A DNA stretch of 63,999 bases, counting the filler, from Circinaria calcarea (lineage: Eukaryota), in NCBI GenBank assembly GCA_051942165.1. It is 5 parts of 5 records of this genome, joined end to end, with 100 filler letters (N's around TTAATTAATTAA, not from the genome) between each part and the next. Parts side by side here need not be neighbours in the genome. Positions count along the whole stretch, not along the records: positions 51,932 to 63,999 come from JAVECS010000613.1; 4 more parts are not named here. One strand, 5' to 3'. Of the stretch, positions 57,672-63,999 are shown in pieces. Both the position numbers and the translations under genes were made by a program. The number at the start of each line of letters is the position of its first letter. The first letter of the stretch is position 1. Under the pieces are notes generated by a model that saw only the letters and a program-made list of their open reading frames with translations, was not told the origin of the DNA and searched no databases.

Positions 57672-60600
57672 ATGTTTGGTCAACTCCCAGAAGAACTATA
57701 TCGTCGCGGGGCAGGGACAGAAGGTTGGTCTATATGTCGAATGGTGGCCACCCCTAGTATCATGTTAATCGGTATCAGCTCCTCAACCGGCTCTTCACAA
57801 CGTCAATGACCATGGTGGGGGGTTCCACGTACCTGAGGGGCCTCATACCACGGAGCCACAGACTACTGCTACCTCCTCCACCGATGCCTCCATCCCAGAC
57901 GATGCTTCGGAAGATGGCAGGTGGGGGGAACAAGACGTGGGGGGTCACATCAAGCAACGCGTCGCAATGGAAGATTACGAACAAATGCGGCGGGAGCTTA
58001 CTCGCCTGAGCCATACTCAAAGTCGTCGGAGCCATAGCTTGTCACGATCACGATCACATCTGACCCATACTCCATCACAACCAGAACCAACTGACATCAG
58101 GGAGAAAATAGGACTATTCAAATCTATTACGAGTAAAAGCAGGCGCTCGCAATCCGTAAACACTGCTGCCCCAGAGGAAGGAGACTTTGAGAACGGAGAG
58201 CCGATTGCTGACGATGACGAGGACTTTCAGCTAGGCGAGTTCATCCGCGAAGGGCATTTTGAGAAGAGGACGGAAAATGGCGAGTCCACGAAAAGAATCG
58301 GGGTTCTTTTCAAAAGCTTGACAGTCAAGGGCGTTGGTGTCCAGGCTACGTTTGTCAAGACATTGCCGGAAGCGATACTTGGTACCTTTGGGCCTGATCT
58401 ATACCGGATTATTTCAAGCCATCTACCCAGCATCAGGTTTGGTAGAAAAGTCCAGACTAGAGATCTCATTCATGATTTTACCGGAGTAGTCAGGGCTGGA
58501 GAAATGATGCTCGTGCTAGGGCGCCCTGGCTCCGGATGCTCTTCGTTCTTGAAAGCAGTTGCCAATCATCGTAGCACATTTGCTGATGTGCAAGGTGAAG
58601 TCTCTTATGGAGGTATCCCAGCAGCGGAGCAATACAGTCGTTATCGTGGGGAGGTTGTCTACAATCCGGAGGATGATGCTCACTTTCCAGCTTTGAACGT
58701 TTGGCAAACGTTGAAGTTTTCGTTGCTTAACAAGACGCGCCGGCGGGCAAAGGGAGAAATCAATCTTATCATCAATGCCCTACTTAAAATGTTTGCAATT
58801 AGTCACACGTCGAAAACCCTAGTTGGTAATGAGTATGTGCGTGGTGTTTCTGGTGGCGAGGTTTGTCCTTCTCTTTTGCTGTTTCTCTTTGCTGTATTCT
58901 ATCCTGGTGCTGATTTTTCGAAGCGGAAACGGGTGTCTATCGCGGAAACTTTGGCTACCAAGAGCACCGTTACCTGCTGGGATAACTCTACGAGGGGTCT
59001 CGACGCAAGTACAGCTCTGGACTACGCCAATTCTCTTAGGATCATGACAGACGTGTCTAATCGCACAACGCTTGTGACACTGTACCAAGCCGGAGAAGAT
59101 ATTTACGAGCTCATGGACAAGGTGCTTGTCATTGATGATGGGAGGATGATATTCCAAGGCCCGGCAATGGAAGCTAAGCAGTACTTTATCGATCTCGGCT
59201 TCCATTGCCCGGATCGTCAGACGACAGCTGATTTCTTGACATCTGTTACCGATCCTACGGAACGACGCTTCAGGGAAGGTTACGATGATCGAGCTCCGAG
59301 GACCCCAGAAGAGTTTGAGAAAGCATTCAAAAGCAGCAAGAACTATGAAAAAGTCCTTGCCGATGTAGACGATTACGAAAAGCATCTTCATCACAGCGAT
59401 TTTACTGATACAAGGAATTTCCAGCAGAGTGTAAAAGAGCAGAAATCTCGGACAGTCTCCAAGAAATCTAGCTACACTGTCAGTTACTGGCGGCAAATCA
59501 TGGTATGTTCAAATCTTTTGTGATGTCTCTCTAGTAGCTTCGTGCATTTGTAGTAACAGCGTGGCAGGCATGCACTAAACGCGAATTTTGGCTCTTCTGG
59601 GGCGATAAAACCGCCTTATACACTAAAGCCTTCATCATCGTTGCTAATGGCCTCATCATTGGATCTTTATGTAAGTTTACCTTCATTCGTCATCTAGTTT
59701 ATCGCTCATGGCATGATCCCTCAGTTTACGATCAGCCAAGCGACACATCTGGTGCTTTCAGCCGCGGAGGGACCGCGTTCATCTCAATCGTATTTCTCGG
59801 ATGGCTTCAGTTGTCTGAACTTATCAAAGCGGTTTCTGGACGTGTTGTAATAGCCCGTCACAAAGAGTACGCTTTCTACCGACCCAGGTACGTCCGTTGT
59901 TTTCCAGACTTTTGTTGCAGTCGAGCCAGAGAGTTAACATGTTCATAGTGCTGTGTCTATCGCTAGGGTCATTACAGACTTTCCACTGATACTAGCGCAA
60001 GTGATAGTATACGGAACAATCATGTACTTTGTACGCATCGCAGTCCTGTCAACTGGAAACCTAGTCGACGAGCTAATACGGTCTTAGATGAACAATCTCG
60101 ATCGTGATCCTTCAAAGTTCTTCATCTACCTTCTTTTCGTCTACGTCATTACCATTTGTGTCACCGCACTTTACAGGATGTTGGCTGCCCTTTCGTCGAA
60201 TATCAATGATGCCGTGAGGTTCGCAGGTCTATCACTGAATCTACTCTTTATCTACACCGGGTATGCAATACCACTTCCGCAATTACTGCACGAGAAAATA
60301 TGGTTCGGTTGGGTGAGTCCTTTTCTCTTCTGCGAGGTTCTGCCGATGCCCCTTTGGAAGAATATATCACATCCTCCTCCTCTTGTTCTACACTGTTCTC
60401 GGAATCTCTTTACCAACCCTTGATGGCCTTGAATTCTTATCTAACTCGACGCTAGATTTACTATGTCAACCCTATCGCATACAGCTTTGAGGCTGTCTTG
60501 AGTAATGAGTTTGCGGGGCGAGTCATGCCTTGCTCTCCTGCGCAGCTAGTTCCCCGAGGACCGGGTATTCAAGTTCCATATCAGGGATGCGCGATTTCTG

Positions 60601-63199
60601 GTGCTCAACGAGGTGCTATTACCGTTACCGGAGAACGATATCTTGCTACAACTTATCAGTACTCCCGTGATCATCTATGGCGAAACTTCGGGGTAGTGGT
60701 TGCTTATACCGTACTCTACATCCTCGTTACAGTGGTCGCCTCAGAGCTAGTATCATTTGTTGGCGGTGGAGGTGGTGCTCTTAGTTTCAAGAAATCGAAG
60801 AAGGCCAAACGGCAACTTGCAACTGCAAGTCTAGCTGCTGATGAGGAAGAAGGCAGCAAAGCCGGAGATCTCACAGTGTCAGGAAATCGAGACCAAACTG
60901 GAGAAAAAGGCGATGAAGCTCTCGAAAATATCTCTGGGAGCAGAAGTATCTTTACCTGGAATGATGTCGAATATTCAGTACCCTATCAAGGCGGACAACG
61001 GCAACTACTGCACAAAGTCAGCGGGTATGCTAAACCAGGTTCGATGATAGCCCTGATGGGAGCATCCGGTGCTGGTAAGACCACACTTCTGAACACGCTA
61101 GCGCAAAGGCAGAAAACCGGTATCGTTCGTGGCGAGATGCTAGTGGATGGGCGACCTTTAGGGCTGGAGTTTCAACGCGGAACGGGATTCTGTGAGCAGA
61201 TGGATCTTCATGATGAGACCGCAACGATCAGAGAAGCTCTTGAGTTTTCTGCTATCCTACGACAGGAGAGGCATATCTCTCGCGAAGAAAAGTTGGCGTA
61301 TGTCAATAAGATCATTGACTTGTTGGAACTGAATGACTTGGAAGATGCTATTATTAGTTCACTAGGGGTGGAACAGAGGAAAAGAGTGACTATAGGGGTA
61401 GAACTGGCGGCTAAGCCATCTTTGCTCTTGTTTCTTGATGAGCCAACCTCGGGTCTTGGTAAGTAATCGAATAGACTTGGCGTCTCTTTGTCCCCAAGTG
61501 TTGCTAACCTTCAGTCTAGATAGTCAATCGGCATATTCCATTATTCGATTCTTGAAGAAACTGTCTGCGGCTGGACAGGCGATTGTTTGTACCATTCATC
61601 AGCCTTCTTCAATTATGATTCAGGAGTTTGATATGATGTAAGTTTCAGAGAAGATGCAACGCTTGCAATAACCGCTGACTGTATCTTTCATAGCCTCGCC
61701 CTCAACCCTGGCGGAAACACTTTTTACTTTGGTCCGGTCGGCGAGAACGGCAGTGCCGTGATCAAATACTTTGCAGATCGTGGCGTTCACTGCCCACCAT
61801 CCAAGAACATTGCCGAATTCATCCTCGAAACGGCCATCAAGGGTAGAAAGAGCAAAGATGGCAAGCGTATCAACTGGAACGAAGAGTGGAAGAATTCTCG
61901 AGAAAACAAGGAAATCCTCGAAGAAATCTCCCATATCAGAAGTAGCCGTAGTCAGCTGCCGGCGCCCTCCACCGCCGACCATCTTGAATTCGCCTCACCA
62001 TTATGGCTTCAAACAACGATGCTAACGAAGCGTCTTTTCACCCAGCATTGGAGAGACCCGAGCTATCTGTATGCGAAGCTCTTCATTAGTGTGGTTATCG
62101 GTATTTTCAACTCCTTTACATTCTACATGCTGGGGAGCACTATTCAAGACATGCAAAACCGCATGTTTACGTGTTTCCTCATCATTCTTTTGCCACCTAC
62201 CATTGTCAACGGGGTAGTCCCCAAGTTCTTCCAGAACCGATCACTGTGGGAAGCACGTGAACTACCGTCTCGGATTTATGGCTGGGTAGCTTTTTGCACG
62301 GCGTCGGTGGTTACCGAAATCCCCATTACAATGGTAGCCGGGTTGATTTACTGGCTCCTATGGTATTATCCGACGGGACTGCCACGAGATTCCTCGACAG
62401 CCGGATATGTGTTTTTGATGACGATACTCTTCTTTTTGTTTACAGCGAGTTGGGTGAGTTTGATAATTTCATATGTAGGTTCAAGGCTATACTGACTCTT
62501 TTCGCAATGTAGGGTCAATGGATAACAGCATTCGCACCCAGTTTCACAGTCATCAGCAACGTTTTACCATTCTTCTTCGTCATGTTTGGACTTTTCAACG
62601 GTGTCGTCCGTCCTTACTCCCAGCTAGCTCCATTTTGGCGATATTGGATGTAAGTACAGTCGAAGTGTACTCCTTATCTTGTATTGACTCGCCGTCTCAG
62701 GTACTACATTAATCCTTCAACCTACTGGATCGGCGGGGTAATATCCGCAACCCTTCCCTCCATCCAGGTGCGATGTGCTCCGCAAGAGGCTGCCTATTTC
62801 GATCCTCCCCCTGGCCAGACCTGCTCTCAATATGCCTCCGCTTTCGTCCAAAGTATCGGATCAGGGTACCTTGTCAATCCCTCTGCAACGGCCGACTGTG
62901 GTTATTGCGCGTTTAGTAATGGTACGGAATACATGGCGACGTTGAACATCGTACCCGAGGACAAGTGGAGGTATTTGGGAATCTTTGCCGCGTTTTGCTG
63001 CAGGTAAGTCGATTGTGAAATCGTCATGTCTTTATCGTGTTTGCTGATGGTAGATAGCAATTGGGCGCTGGTTTACTTTTTCATCTACGCGACAAGAATC
63101 AGAGGATGGTCGTTTGGCTTGGGAACTCTGTTTGCATGGTTGGAGAAAGGGTTGAAGGGAGTTGGAGGATTAGTGATGGGAAGACGTAATAAAAAGTAG
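57672..63199 (+). CDS. Full-size ABCG/PDR transporter (NBD-TMD)2, AtrF-like, many introns
   Basis: NBD1 GRPGSGCSS, VSGGE|RKRVSIAE, CWDNSTRGLD; NBD2 GASGAGKTT, LGVEQRKRVTIGVELAAKP..LLFLDEPTSGL; PDR_CDR loop HLWRNFG; stop TAG at 63197-63199. Confidence 0.95.
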
Positions 63200-63325
63200 A
63201 ATAGAAGGTAGAATAGAAGGGGAATAGAAGTATAATAGAATGGAATAGAATGGAATAGAAAGGGAATAGAAGGGAAATAGAGGTATAATAGAAGGTAGAA
63301 TAGAATGAAATGGAAGGGGAATAGA
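63195..63325. repeat. Purine-rich (TAGAA/TGGAA)n-like simple repeat starting at the ABC stop codon
   Basis: Read directly from the sequence. Confidence 0.8.
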
Positions 63326-63999
63326 CTGCTACACTTGTCATTTTTGACCTTTTATCACCCGTCACCACCTCACCTCAACCTCCCCTCAATTCCTTTTCCG
63401 CCCTTCCCGTTCCTAAATCCTAATTTGTAAGGGCTGTTGGAGTACGGAGAGCTTGATATTTATTCTAAGCCCCTGCCTTTTTCTTCGTTTGAAATCAATC
63501 TATTTTACCCGTTTTTTTGGTTCATTATCTCTATCTCTATCCCTTATCCCCTATCCTTGGTACTGTCTTTTTCTCTTTTTCTCTTTTTCTCTTTGTACCA
63601 TAAGGGCCTCACGCGCTTGACCAAAAATAACAATCGCAACCCTAAATTACCCCCCCAGCTGTAGTTATTGACCCCTTTCGGCCTAGGATTTCGGGTATGG
63701 CACCATTAACATTGGAGGGGTCCCATAAATCCAGAGGTGATATATTAAATCCAATGTTTAATATTTAGCAATTGTTTATACGCTATGCGAATTAATTAAA
63801 TATATTATCACATAATTTACCGACCCTTATTCGTAAGATCGTTGTACTATTCGTAAAGAATCCTTATAGTTTTTTTATCTTTTCTGTCCTCGGTTGCCAT
63901 ACCCTTGATTGAAAAGCTTCCCTTTTTAAACTTTTACCCCCCCCTCTAGTCTCTAGTTTCCCATTTAACTTTTATATCTTTTGGGGGGGGGGGGGGGGG

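Noticed and set aside
50368..63199. SDR (contig 4) plus ABC transporter (contig 5) as part of the terpene cluster or a second cluster
   Set aside because: They lie on different contigs separated by artificial spacers, with no backbone enzyme nearby
63981..63999. Terminal poly-G as a telomere or G-quadruplex element
   Set aside because: Homopolymer at the end of the sequence, a common assembly-break or sequencing artefact; no TTAGGG repeats

Overview
Intron-containing genomic DNA from a filamentous ascomycete (Pezizomycotina-type GT-AG introns with CTAAC/CTGAC branch points). The window is not one locus. It is five contigs (1-12967, 13068-25929, 26030-38889, 38990-51831, 51932-63999) in decreasing length order, joined by artificial 100-nt N44-TTAATTAATTAA-N44 spacers, so adjacency across gaps means nothing. 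Contig 1 holds a compact candidate terpenoid gene cluster built on a UbiA-type (Fma-TC-like) membrane terpene cyclase, with a secreted beta-propeller (hetero-Diels-Alderase-like), an SDR, an ABM/Dabb-fold protein, a Pth11/SAT4-like membrane protein and a P450; an atypical kinase-like gene follows. Contig 2 is mostly housekeeping: a T5orf172-domain gene, LAA1/HEATR5, TACO1/YebC, PET100 and a partial ECI1. Contig 3 has three small double zinc-ribbon (WxCxxC) proteins around a PFA5-type DHHC palmitoyltransferase; two of them arose by a ~1.15-kb tandem duplication. Contig 4 has a partial HGT1-like sugar transporter, a decaying family of three orphan paralogues, an unusual 609-bp copia-derived element with inverted hairpin mini-LTRs and a 5-bp TSD, and an SDR. 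Contig 5 has a fungal PARP-like/E2 fusion and a full-size ABCG/PDR transporter. All family calls come from reading motifs by eye; no database searches were run.
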